This document shows positions 31,857-42,256 of a stretch of DNA of 64,000 nt, in pieces. Numbering within the stretch: the stretch's first letter is position 1; each line of letters starts with the position of its first letter. A program made the translations under genes and the position numbers. This stretch comes from an uncultured Planctomycetaceae bacterium (lineage in GTDB: Bacteria > Planctomycetota > Planctomycetia > Planctomycetales > Planctomycetaceae), in contig CAWFGE010000010.1 of assembly GCA_963815195.1 (NCBI GenBank), forward strand, positions 352,001 to 416,000, written 5' to 3'. The notes below the pieces were generated by a model. That model was not told the origin of the DNA. It saw only the letters and a program-made list of their open reading frames with translations, and did no database searches.

Positions 31857-33110
31857 TCACGAGTTCGATACCTTCAGGTCTTTCTGCTCGATCGCGGCGT
31901 GGCCGGATTTTCGAAACGGCCGGGGCATCGGTTGGGCGTGGCCTTTTTCATCGATGGTCCGGCAACGGAGTGTGTAATCGCCCGCCGGAAGGCCGGGATG
32001 CAGAATCGCCCAGTGCGCCTTGGCCAGACGTAGCGGCCAGGTTTTGGGCTGGCCCGTCCGCGGATCGAAGCCCAGCGTCGGAAGCGGAATCTGATCGCCC
32101 GCGATGCCTCCGCCCCAGGATTTCGGCGGCGGTAGGATGTGGGCGTCTTGCCAGGGCGCGGTCGTGTGATACCGGTCGCCCGGCGGACGAACCTCGGCTT
32201 TGTTTTCGATCCAAACTTGGACGTTCTTGAGGCCCGAAACGCCGACCTGGGCGTAGCCCGTGATGGGAATCGGCGTATTCGGCTTGATCTTGGCGGGGTA
32301 CGACAACGTGGCCGCGAAGGTTTTGAGCGGGCTGTCCAGATCGTTGTTGCCCTTGGCGTAGGTGTCGTTTGCGTGTGACAGGTTGGAGAGCACGACCGTG
32401 GTCAGCCATTTGATCGACTTGAACCCGTAGTGCTCGGGAACCACGACCCGCACCGGTCCGCCTCGCTCCGGCGTGAGCCATTCGCCGTTGAGCTTGTAGC
32501 ACAAAATCACCGGCGGCAGGTCGAAGGGATCCTCCAGTACCCGGCCCACGGGCAGCGAGACTCTTAAACATCTGCTTCTCGTCGTCGTTGTGGTATCCGT
32601 AATAAAACACCCGGCGGAGATCCTCGCGGGGCTCGGTCATCCATAGTACCTCCCGCAGCGGCACGCCTTCCCAAATCCCCGTTCCCAGCGGGCAGCCGAT
32701 GTTGAGGCACGTCATCACCTTGGCGAACCGCACGGCTTTGGTCTCGGCCAGTTTCATCAGCCCGGCGAAATCGAGAGCGGTGTTCTGGGCCTTGGTGAGA
32801 GGCTCCGCAGCCGGGCCGGGTTTTCGGGATCGCCGATGACTTCGAGCCTCCAGGTCTCGCGGGTGAGTCCCACTTCTTTGCGTTTTTCCTCCGGCAGCGA
32901 ATGCGGCAGCGGCTTGCCTCGCGAGACATCTTGAAACTTGTCCGGCAACGTCAGCCAGGTTTCCATGCGATCGATAGCATCCTCCAGGAGCGGATCCCGC
33001 TCCGCGTCCGCCGCCCAGAGCGGCCAGGTCGCGAGAGCCGCTGCCCCACCGAGGCCGCACTTCAAAAAATACCGCCGCGCGAGTTCGGCATGTTCTTCGA
33101 GAAACGACAT
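31857..33110 (-). CDS. Tat-exported molybdopterin-dependent oxidoreductase (sulfite oxidase-like), frameshifts near 32805 and 32562
   Basis: RRYFLK Tat motif, KVMTC, WEGVPL and ERGGPVRVVVPEHYGFKSIKW are spread over three frames. Confidence 0.82.
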
Positions 33111-33374
33111 GGAAACCTCCCGTTCTCGGGTTTCAGATTTCGTCTTACTCTTGATTCATCTCAGTGTACCCGTTTCTCAGAAAAATCACTCGCGACTGGG
33201 TACGAAACTTGGGCCTATCCATTTTTGGCTTCTTCTGACGTGATCGGTTCGCCAGGGATTTCGATGGCGGATTTCACAACATCATGATTCTGTGACGCAT
33301 GATTCCGCCCTTATTCGAAAAACAGACGGCGAGCCAAAGTCTCGCGACGCCGGCGATTTCAGTACAATGACTGG

Positions 33375-33962
33375 ATGAAAGCTCCCAAGCGAAATTGGTG
33401 GTGGCTGCTCATTCCGGCGGCGGGATTGGCGTTGGTTTTCGTGTTGGCCGTTCGGCATTCGCGCCAGACCGCGGCGATCGGCCACATTGAAAGTCTGGGC
33501 GGGCGGGTGCTGACGACGCACGGGGAACCGGACTGGCTCCTGCGGGTCACCCGCGGGCGGTCGTTCCCGGTCTTCCAAAGGGCGACGCTCGTCAATCTCA
33601 GCGAAACCGGCGCCCGCGACGACGACCTCGCGTCTCTGGAGCGGCTGAACGGTTTGGAGCGCCTGAACCTCGCCAACACAGAGATCACGGACAAAGGGCT
33701 TGTCCATCTCGAAGGATTGAGGGATCTCAAGGCCCTCGATTTGAACGGCACCCATGTGACCGGGGCGGGGCTCGAACATCTTCGTTCCCTGACAGAACTC
33801 GAATACCTCTATCTCCAGGGGACCCGGGTGGGCGATGAGGACTTGCCGGCTTTGGAGGGGTTCAAACACCTCCGGCTCTTGGATGTTGCGGGAACGGATG
33901 TCACCCCGAAAGCCGCGGCCGAGATCAATCGGCATCTCCCCGATGTCGAGGTGAGGCAATAA
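33375..33962 (+). CDS. Leucine-rich repeat protein
   Basis: N-terminal TM, repeats LxxLNLxxTxITDxGLxHL. Confidence 0.88.
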   Translation: MKAPKRNWWWLLIPAAGLALVFVLAVRHSRQTAAIGHIESLGGRVLTTHGEPDWLLRVTRGRSFPVFQRATLVNLSETGARDDDLASLERLNGLERLNLANTEITDKGLVHLEGLRDLKALDLNGTHVTGAGLEHLRSLTELEYLYLQGTRVGDEDLPALEGFKHLRLLDVAGTDVTPKAAAEINRHLPDVEVRQ

Positions 33963-33992
33963 TTCTGCCCGAACGAACGAGGAACGCGTTTC

Positions 33993-34460
33993 ATGCCCAA
34001 ACTGAGTGCAGGCCTCTTGATGTACCGGATCGCCGACGGCGAGTTGGAGGTGCTGTTGGCCCATCCGGGCGGCCCGTTCTTTCGGAACAAAGACGAAGGC
34101 GCGTGGTCGATTCCCAAAGGGGAGCCCGATCCCGAGGAAGACCTCCTGGCGGCGGCGCGGCGGGAATTCGCGGAAGAAACCGGCGTCACTCCCGCGGGGC
34201 CGTTCCAGGCTTTGTCGCCCGTCAAGCAAAAGGGAGGCAAAGTCGTCCATGCCTGGGCGTTCCTGGGCGATTGCGACCCGGTGGGACTGGTCAGCAATAC
34301 GTTTCCGATGGAATGGCCGCCCAAATCCGGCCGGCAGATGGAATTTCCGGAGATAGACAAAACCGAGTTTTTCCCCCTGGAAATCGCCAAACGGAAGATC
34401 AACCCCGCCCAGATTCCCCTGTTGGACGAACTTGAGAGGATTCTGAAGGAAGCCGGCTGA
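33993..34460 (+). CDS. NUDIX hydrolase
   Basis: HPGGPF, WSIPKG...AARREFAEETG Nudix box. Confidence 0.92.
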   Translation: MPKLSAGLLMYRIADGELEVLLAHPGGPFFRNKDEGAWSIPKGEPDPEEDLLAAARREFAEETGVTPAGPFQALSPVKQKGGKVVHAWAFLGDCDPVGLVSNTFPMEWPPKSGRQMEFPEIDKTEFFPLEIAKRKINPAQIPLLDELERILKEAG

Positions 34461-34515
34461 TCTCCTCTTAACCGGCGGAATGCGGGCAGGATGAAAATTG
34501 TGACGCCAAAAACAG

Positions 34516-34569
34516 TTGACGAGCCGCGAAAACCGACTACAATGAATGGAAATTGAGACTCAATCTCAA
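34516..34569 (+). promoter_or_regulatory. bfd promoter with a Fur-like palindrome
   Basis: TTGACG-16 nt-TACAAT, then TTGAGA-CTCAA-TCTCAA at 34553-69. Confidence 0.6.
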
Positions 34570-34647
34570 CAGTGTTTTCCCGGTTTGTTCGAAATAAAGG
34601 CTCGCTCGTCGCTGTAGCGCGAGAAGCGAGCGATTTTGGGAGCGAGG

Positions 34648-34878
34648 ATGGCGATGTCCCCATCCACTGACAAAGTGATCTGCCACTGCCTGGGCGTGAC
34701 GGAATCCGACATTCGTTCCGCAGTTTCCACCGGAACGGTGCAATCGCTCCAATGCGTGATGAACGGCACGGGAGCGGGCACCGGGTGCACGGCGTGCCTC
34801 CGGCGGATTCACTCCCTGATCTGTGAAGGCTGTCCTCAGTCCGCGTCGCCGCAGCCCGCGGCCTGCGTCGCCAAATAG
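34648..34878 (+). CDS. bfd: Bacterioferritin-associated ferredoxin, [2Fe-2S]
   Basis: ICHCLGVT...GTGCTAC motif, adjacent to bfr. Confidence 0.85.
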   Translation: MAMSPSTDKVICHCLGVTESDIRSAVSTGTVQSLQCVMNGTGAGTGCTACLRRIHSLICEGCPQSASPQPAACVAK

Positions 34879-35321
34879 AGTTCGATGCTGGTCGTATCGA
34901 TCACGTGCTGCTGGGCTTCGAGCCAGTCCACGCTTTCTTCGGTTTCTTTGAGGATCCGCTCCATCACCTCTCGGCTGCCGTTGTCTTTTTTGTCCGCGGC
35001 GAGGCGGATGCCGTCGTTGTAAGTGGCGACGCCGTGGAGTTCGAGTTTGAGGCTGTTGTCCAACTGCTCCTGGACACTTTGCCCGACGCGGATCACATCG
35101 TAGCGGGCGATTTCCGGGACGCCGTCGAGAAACAGAATGCGGTCGATCAGGTATTCCGCATGCTTCATTTCCTCGATGGATTCCTCGTAAAAATGCTTGG
35201 CCAACCGCTCGTAGCCCCAGTTGCCGCACATCTTGGCCTGGATAAAGTACTGGTTGATGGCCGTCAGTTCGATCGTCAGCCCGGCATTGAGGGCGTCGAT
35301 CACGTCTTGGTCGCCTTTCAT
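34836..35321 (-). CDS. bfr: Bacterioferritin
   Basis: MKGDQDVIDALN, ELTAINQY, EEMKHA (heme Met), RILFLDG. Confidence 0.93.
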   Translation of the reverse strand: MKGDQDVIDALNAGLTIELTAINQYFIQAKMCGNWGYERLAKHFYEESIEEMKHAEYLIDRILFLDGVPEIARYDVIRVGQSVQEQLDNSLKLELHGVATYNDGIRLAADKKDNGSREVMERILKETEESVDWLEAQQHVIDTTSIELYLATQAAGCGDAD

Positions 35322-35713
35322 GCTGCGTTTTCCTTTCGCTTCGTGCAAGGGGGGAAGTGTGTCCCAATAAGTAGGTCTGTTGGCAACGGTTTGAGGGAAT
35401 TGTAAAAGCCCGCCCGCCCTATCTGCCACCAGTTCGGCCTGGAAATTGGCGATTTTTTTCGATTGACAATGCGTCTCGCCAGGATCGGCGAGCGAATGAA
35501 TCTCAATTCCCCTCAAACCCGATTCGGATCTCCACAACTTATTGACAGCCCGCCCCGACCTTCGCAGTTTTTCAAAACTTTCTCAGCCTGAAATTCCAGG
35601 GGAATTCGCTCCCGGCGCGGCGTGCGCGGGCAATTTCCTCGGCAATCGGTGATTCGTTTTTTTATTATTGGTATTGAAGGGGATGCTCACTCACTTGAGG
35701 AGGGATTCGAGAG

Positions 35714-35748
35714 AGGACGACGGTGGAACTGTCGTCCTTTATTTCATT
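35714..35748 (+). terminator. Hairpin plus U-rich tail (terminator-like)
   Basis: AGGACGACGG-TGGAA-CTGTCGTCCT then TTATTTCATTT. Confidence 0.45.
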
Positions 35749-36024
35749 TGAGATCCTCGATGACTCGCCTCATCGCCAAAGCCCCCCGATGAGCACCCGC
35801 GAGGGCACATGTTGTGGATCAATTCGAGTCATCCACAAGTTGTGCACATGGATTTGAGGGCGGAGAAATAATCTCAAAAACTGCAAGTCTTTTCCAGGGC
35901 TTGTGTTGCGGCTTGAAGTGCCCACACAGCGCGGCAGGCGGCTTGGCGGGGCACTGCGGACCCGTTATCTAATGGGGTGGATTGGCGAATTGGCCGCTTT
36001 GTGTACCTCCGAAGGGATGCGATC

Positions 36025-36056
36025 GGGCGGCAGTACCGGCTGCCGCCCTTTTTCTT
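36025..36056 (+). terminator. Rho-independent terminator or attenuator upstream of csrA
   Basis: GGGCGGCAG-TACCGG-CTGCCGCCC-TTTTTCTT. Confidence 0.7.
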
Positions 36057-36095
36057 CCCCCACACCTCATGGACCTCAAGGAAGGAAAGAGACCC

Positions 36096-36293
36096 GTGTT
36101 AGTGCTATCCCGCCGACAGGATGAGAGAATCATCATCGATGACAATATCGTGATCACCATCGTGGAAATCCGGGGCGACACCGTGCGTCTGGGGATCGAT
36201 GCACCCCGGGACATTCCGGTGCATCGCGAGGAGGTGTACCACGCCATCCAGCGGACCAAAGCCGAGCCCATGGGCACCGCCCCCGGCGAATGA
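36096..36293 (+). CDS. csrA: Carbon storage regulator CsrA
   Basis: (M)LVLSRRQDERIII...VRLGIDAPRDIPVHREEV; GTG start. Confidence 0.93.
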   Translation: MLVLSRRQDERIIIDDNIVITIVEIRGDTVRLGIDAPRDIPVHREEVYHAIQRTKAEPMGTAPGE

Positions 36294-36369
36294 ACGGCCC
36301 TGGCTCGGGCGTCCTCTTTGCGGTCGCCACGGCCTTCGCTGCGCTCGCGACGTGCCACGGAATCGCATT

Positions 36370-37788
36370 TTACGCAATCACATCGTGCACCACGCGGCCG
36401 TGCACGTCGGTGAGACGGAAATCCCGCCCGGAGTAGCGGTACGTCAGCCGTTCGTGATCGAGCCCCATCAAGTGCAGGATCGTGGCGTGCAGGTCGTGGA
36501 CGTGGACGCGGTTTTCGACGGCGTGCATGCCGAACTCGTCCGTCGCCCCGTACATCAACCCGCCCTTCGTTCCGCCGCCGGCGAGGAACATCGAAAACCC
36601 GGTGTTGTGGTGATCGCGGCCGGGCTTTTTCTTTTTGTTGTTCTTGTCGATCTGGGCATAAGGCGTGCGGCCGAACTCGCCGCCCCAAATCACCAGCGTA
36701 TCGTCCAAGAGTCCCCGCAGTTTCAGGTCGCCAATGAGCGCTGCGGTCGCGCGGTCGCTGTCGGCGCACAATCGGCGGTGGCCGTTGTCGTTGTCCGTAT
36801 GCGTGTCCCAAGGCTGTTTGCCGCCCTTGGTGACGTAATAGACTTGGACATATCGCACGTCGGCTTCCAACAATCGGCGGGCCAAGAGGCACGACCGCCC
36901 GAACACGCTGCTGCCGTAGGCTTCCTGCGTGGCCTTCGATTCCTGGCTGATGTCGAACACCTCGGTCGCTTCCCGCTGCATGGCAAACGCCATTTCCATC
37001 GCCTGGATTTGGGATTCGAGGGCATCATCGCCGCCGCGGTTCTCGGCGTGCAGGCGGTTCAGTCGGCCCAGCAAATCCAACTGTTTCCGCTGCTGGCCCC
37101 TGTCCCAGCGGGGATGGCGGATGTTGGCGACGAGTTTTTCCACCGCCATGTCGTTGGTGTCCACCGCCATGCCCTGATGCTCGCCCGGCAGAAACGAATT
37201 GGACCAAAGTTGCGGCCCCACCACGGGCAGCCCCGGACACAGGCACACAAAGCTCGGCAGGTTTTTGTTCTCGCTCCCCAAACCATAGGACAGCCAGGAC
37301 CCCATCGAGGGCCGAATCGGCTGGATGTTCCCGGAGTGCATCAACAACAGCCCCGGCTCGTGGTTCGGGACATCGGTGTGCATCGAGCGGAGGATGCACA
37401 AGTCGTCGGCGTGGCGGGCGAGGTTCGGGAAGAGTTCGCTCATCACCACGCCGCTCTCGCCGTGCGGCTGGAACTTGAACGGCGAAGGCATAAACCCCGC
37501 GCCCCGGCCCTTGGAGCGCTCGCTCGGCGTTTCGCCTTCGTGCTCTTTGAGGGCGGGCTTGGGATCGAACGTGTCCACGTGCGAAGGAGCGCCGTTCATG
37601 AACAGATACAGCACCCGCTTGGCCTTGGGCGCGAAATGCGGCCGAAGCTGATCCGGCTTCGCCGCCGCTGCGGAAGACAAAAGCCCCCCGTCGCTCAAAG
37701 CCCCCGCAAGCCCCAACATCCCAAACCCCGCCCCGGCCCGCCCGAGCATCTGCCGGCGAGTGAATCCAGTCGAATGAGGGTCAACCAT
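36370..37788 (-). CDS. DUF1501 protein (Tat-exported)
   Basis: TRRQML, AKRVLYLFMNGAPSHVDTFDPK, CLLARRL, WGGEFGRTP, HDLHATILHLMG. Confidence 0.93.
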   Translation of the reverse strand: MVDPHSTGFTRRQMLGRAGAGFGMLGLAGALSDGGLLSSAAAAKPDQLRPHFAPKAKRVLYLFMNGAPSHVDTFDPKPALKEHEGETPSERSKGRGAGFMPSPFKFQPHGESGVVMSELFPNLARHADDLCILRSMHTDVPNHEPGLLLMHSGNIQPIRPSMGSWLSYGLGSENKNLPSFVCLCPGLPVVGPQLWSNSFLPGEHQGMAVDTNDMAVEKLVANIRHPRWDRGQQRKQLDLLGRLNRLHAENRGGDDALESQIQAMEMAFAMQREATEVFDISQESKATQEAYGSSVFGRSCLLARRLLEADVRYVQVYYVTKGGKQPWDTHTDNDNGHRRLCADSDRATAALIGDLKLRGLLDDTLVIWGGEFGRTPYAQIDKNNKKKKPGRDHHNTGFSMFLAGGGTKGGLMYGATDEFGMHAVENRVHVHDLHATILHLMGLDHERLTYRYSGRDFRLTDVHGRVVHDVIA

Positions 37789-37800
37789 GATAGGCCTCTT

Positions 37801-37844
37801 TCTTAATCTCAATCTTAATCTTAATCGTACTCTTAATCTTAATC
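37801..37844. repeat. (TTAATC)n hexamer tandem repeat
   Basis: TCTTAATCTCAATCTTAATCTTAATCGTACTCTTAATCTTAATC. Confidence 0.75.
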
Positions 37845-37871
37845 CGAAAACTGCCGGTTGGGTGTGTGGGG

Positions 37872-37896
37872 CCGGCGGCTAGCGCCGTTCCGCTCA
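37872..37896 (+). repeat. REP-like element; a degenerate second copy lies at 40210-40233
   Basis: CCGGCGGCTAGCGCCGTTCCGCTCA versus CCGGCGGCTACGCAGAGCCGCTCA. Confidence 0.55.
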
Positions 37897-40056
37897 ATCG
37901 ATAAACAACAATTCGTTCGACGCCAACAGCACCTGGGCATACTGCGTCCAACGGTCCAAGGAATCCGGTTCGCTTCCAAAGAACTCCGCGGCAAGCTGCT
38001 TTTTCTTCCGCGCGCGGCGGCCGGCCGTAACAGAGTTCATAAGCCCGGGTGATGCGGTCTTCGTTCTCGGGCGAGGTTTCGATCAGGCGTTTCGCCAAAG
38101 CCTCGGCCTGGGCGACCATGAAGGGGCTGTTCATCGCGAACAGCTTTTGCAGCGGCGTGGTCGTTTCGACCCGGCGTTCGCTGTGCGTGTTGGGGTCGGG
38201 AAAATCGAACAGGGCCAGCATGTGGTTCAGTTCCAGCCGGCTGATTTTGCTGTAAACGGTGCTCCGGCGGGATTTCGGATCTTGCGGATCGATCGATTCC
38301 CGCCGACTTGGGGATCCGAGCCGGCCGGAGACCGAGAGAATCGCGTCCCGCCATTGTTCGATGCTCATGCGTCTTCGGGGCATGCGGGCCAGGAGCGTGT
38401 TCGCGGGATCGAGTTTCTCGGCTTGGGGATTGCCCGTGCTGCTTTGGCCATAGGTGGCCGAGAGCACGATTTCCCGGTGCAGCCATTTGAGCGACCAGCC
38501 GTTTTCCATAAACCGCACCGCGAGGTCATCGAGCAGCTTCGGATGCGTGGGCTCTTCGCCGAGGGTGCCGAAGTTGCTGGGCGTGCGCCACCAGCGGCTG
38601 ATCGAAATACTGCCCCCACACGCGGTTGACGATCACGCGGGCCGTCAGCGGGTTTTGGGGATTGGCGATGTCGTTCGCGAGTTCCAGGCGGCCGCTGCCG
38701 GTCTCGAACGGCGTTTTGTCCGCATCGAGAATCTGCAAGAACCGCCGCTTCACGACCGGGCCTTTGTTGTTCACGTCGCCGCGGATATAAACCGGCAGAT
38801 CGGTCGGCTTGTCGTCCTTGATGATGTGCATGGCGTTTTCGGGCTTGGGCTTGCCTTTCTTGCCGCGCTCTTTGCCCTCCTGTTTGCCCTCTTTGGTATC
38901 GTCCAGCGGCTGGTTGACCATGCTCGTGCTCGCGAACACCCCGGCGAGCAGCATAATAGTCTTCGGTTTCGATCGGATCGTATTTGTGGTCGTGGCAGCG
39001 GGCGCAGGCGACCGTCAATCCCAACAGACCCCGGCCGACGACGTCCACGCGGTCTTCCCATTCGTCGGCCATGACCTCGGGCGAGTTTCGGCGGTAATAC
39101 TTCGGCCCCACGCCGATGAACCCGAGCGCCACGCGGTTTGGCTCCTCGGCCTTGTCCATCAAGTCGGCCGCGAGCTGCAGGCGAACGAACCGGTCGTAAG
39201 GCACATCGTCGTTCAAAGCCTGGATCACCCAATCGCGGTAGAGATAGGCATTCGGATAACACAGCGAATTGTCGTTTCCCACGATGTGGGCCTGGTCCTC
39301 GGCGTAGCGGGCGATGTCCAGCCACATCCTCGCCCAATGCTCGCCGAAGTGCGCGGAAGCGAGCAGCCGTTCGACGACTTTCCGCTTCGCATCGGGAGAT
39401 TCATCCGCGACAAAGGCTTCGACCTCTTGGGGCGTGGGCGGCAAGCCGATCAGATCGAACGTCACCCGCCGGAGCCAAACCCGCCGATCGGCCGGCGGCG
39501 CGGGCGCGAGTTTCGCGTCTTCCATCCGTTTGAGCACAAACGCATCCAGCGGCCGTTTGATCCATGCGGAGTTTTGAACCGGAGGCGGATCGGATTTTCG
39601 CGGCGGCTGGAACGACCAGAACTTGCGGGCCTCCGCGAAGTCGATGTCCGGCTTCGCCGGGACGGCCGGCTTCTCGCCGGCTTTTCGCGGATCGGGCGCG
39701 CCCATTTCGATCCACTTTTTGAAGTCCGCAATGACTTTCGCATCCAGTTTGCCTTTGGGGGGCATCTCGAAGCTCTCGTAATTGAGGGCCTCGATCAGCA
39801 GGCTTTCGTCGGGCTTGCCGGGCACGATCGCCGCCCCGGAATCCCCGCCCGTGACGAACCCATCGCGGGAATCCAGATTCAGGTTCCCCTTGAGTTCGCC
39901 CTTCGCCTTCGCGGAATGGCACGCGGCACACTCTTTGATCAGCACCGGGCGGATGCGTTTCTCGAAAAAGTCGATTCCCGCATCGTCCGCCGCCCGCGCG
40001 GGCAGGTGAAGACCCAAAACCAACACGAACAGCGAAATGGAAAGCGTCTTACTCAT
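37894..40056 (-). CDS. PSD1/planctomycete cytochrome c protein (DUF1549+DUF1553), about four frameshifts
   Basis: FFEKRIRPVL..CAACH, RRVTFDLIGLPPT, CARCHDHKYDP, NPLTARVIVNRVW, WSLKWLHREI, ending LLASNELLFID; pieces lie in different frames. Confidence 0.9.
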
Positions 40057-40255
40057 AGGGGCAGGCAAGAACAAGAAGGAGGATTCAAGGCAGGAAGTTT
40101 TTTTATCTATCCAACCATACCAAATCCTTGATGAGTCGGCCACCGCTCCAGCCGAAATCCTTGAGCGGCTGGGCGCTCGCCGCCGGTCTTGGAAGTCGCT
40201 CAAGAATCACCGGCGGCTACGCAGAGCCGCTCACGTGAAGGCGGCACCGGGCCGT

Positions 40256-42256
40256 TCAAGCCGGCGGACCGGTTTCGCCGGAATCATTGGAAGATGGCGG
40301 TCGGCGGCCGATGGTTTTGAGGAGGCCCAACAATAACACCGCCGCGATCGGCAGCGAGACGTAAGGCGAAACGCCCCACGCGACGGGAACATAGCCCAGC
40401 CCCAACGAGACGAGCCCGACGGTGAGGGCATAAGGCATCTGCGTGCCGACGTGGGCCAGGTGATCGCAGCCGGAGGCGGCGGACGACAGCACGGTCGTGT
40501 CCGAGATCGGCGAGCAATGGTCCCCGAAAATCGAACCGGCGAGCACCGCCCCGATCGTGCCGAGCATAAACGGATGGCTGGTGATGTCGGCGGTCTCGCC
40601 CGTCATCAGGTAGTAGGTCAGCGTGATGCACAAAGGCATGAGGAGACCCATCGTGGCGAAGCTGCTGCCCGTGGCAAACGACACCGCCGCCGAGACGACA
40701 AACGCCGTCGCAGGCATCCACGCCGCGGAAAGATTCCCGCCGAGGCCGTCGATGATAAACCCCGCCGTGTTGAGATGCTGATCGTCGCAGAGCCCGGCGA
40801 TGCTCCAGGCCAGGACCAGAATCACCACGGCGAGGAGCATGCTCTGAAGGCCTTTGATGCCCGCGGCCACGGTGTCGGATAGCGACAGCGATTTGAGCGA
40901 GATCGCCGACAGACCCGCCGCGATCAGAGGCGCTGAACGCCGAATAGAGGAGCACGTTGTAAGTGTCGGGGCTTTCGGGATGGACCTGCATCTCCCACGT
41001 GATGCCCGCCGCCAACACGCCCAAGAGCACCGAAAGCGGCAAGAGGGCATTGACGATCGTGTATTGTCCGGGCGGAGCGTCCGTGTCTTCGTCCAGATGC
41101 ATCGCCGGGACTTCGGAAGGATGGGGATCGCGCGCCATGCGGGCTTCGCATTCGCGCATCGGTCCGAAATCCCGCCCGGTCCACGCCACCGCGCCGACGA
41201 ACACCAACAGCAGCAGCGGATAAAACCGGAAAGGAATTGTCGCGAGGAACACGCTGTAAGCATCGGCTTCGAGGCCCAGTTGTTTGAGCGCGGGCCCGAT
41301 CTGCCCGAGTTCAAAACCGACCCAGGTCGAGACCACAGCCAAACCCGCGACGGGGGCCGATGTCGAGTCCACCAGAAACGCCAGCTTCTCACGCGAGATG
41401 CGGAGCCGATCCGAGACCGAGCGCATCGTGCTGCCCACGAGCAGCGTGTTGGCGTAATCATCGAAGAACACCACCAGCCCCAACAGCCACGTCATCACCT
41501 GGCCGTGCTCGCGGGTCCGGGCAAATCGGGTCAAGCGGTCGACCAAGGCCCGCGTGCCGCCGCTGGCGGACATGACCCCGATCATTCCGCCGAGCATCAG
41601 CGTGAACATCACGGCCCGCATATGGTCGGTGCCGCCGTCGGGCGGAGCGAGCTGGTGGAGCAGATAGGTGTCGATCATCCGCAGGAAGGCCAAAAACGGA
41701 TTGCCCCCCGCGAGCACCATCGCTCCCGCGAACACGCCCGCCAACAGGGCCACGATCACATCCTTAAACCACACCGCGAGAACGATTGCGACCAAAGGCG
41801 GCAGCAGGCTGAACCATTTCCAGACCAGCCGCACGTCCCGCCGGACTGTTTGGCCGCCTGCGGTGACGCGGAGTTCCGATTGCTCGATATACACGCGGCG
41901 GGCGGCGCTTAAGTCGGTGTGGATTTCCAGAACGCCGTCTTTCCAATCGCCCGCCGGGACGGCTTTGCCGTTTTGCGTGATTCGCAAGCCCACGATTTGC
42001 AGCGGGCCTTGGAACGCCTTGTCCACATGGCCTTGGGGATCGAGCGCGGTGATGCGAACTGCTTGCCCTTTCGCCAACGGGACATCCCGCAAAACAACCG
42101 CAGGAGCTTCAACGCGAAACCGCGGCGGCGGTTCGGTTTGGGAATCGGCGTCCGCCTGAGGCGCGAATGCGGAACGACGCATGCGAAAACAAAACCGGCA
42201 AGCAGCAAACAGAAAAACAAGCGGTTTGGATTACGGCGAAGTCGCGAGAAAATCAT
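40256..42256 (-). CDS. Na+/H+ antiporter NhaC family protein, frameshifts near 42170 and 40935
   Basis: SLLPPLVAI, FFDDYANTL, SREKLAFLVDST, SFATGSSFAT, FGDHCSPISDTT, HVGTQMPYA. Confidence 0.88.

Noticed and set aside
37801..37844. Hexamer repeat as a phase-variation switch
   Set aside because: The repeat is degenerate and intergenic, with no evidence of length variation from one sequence.
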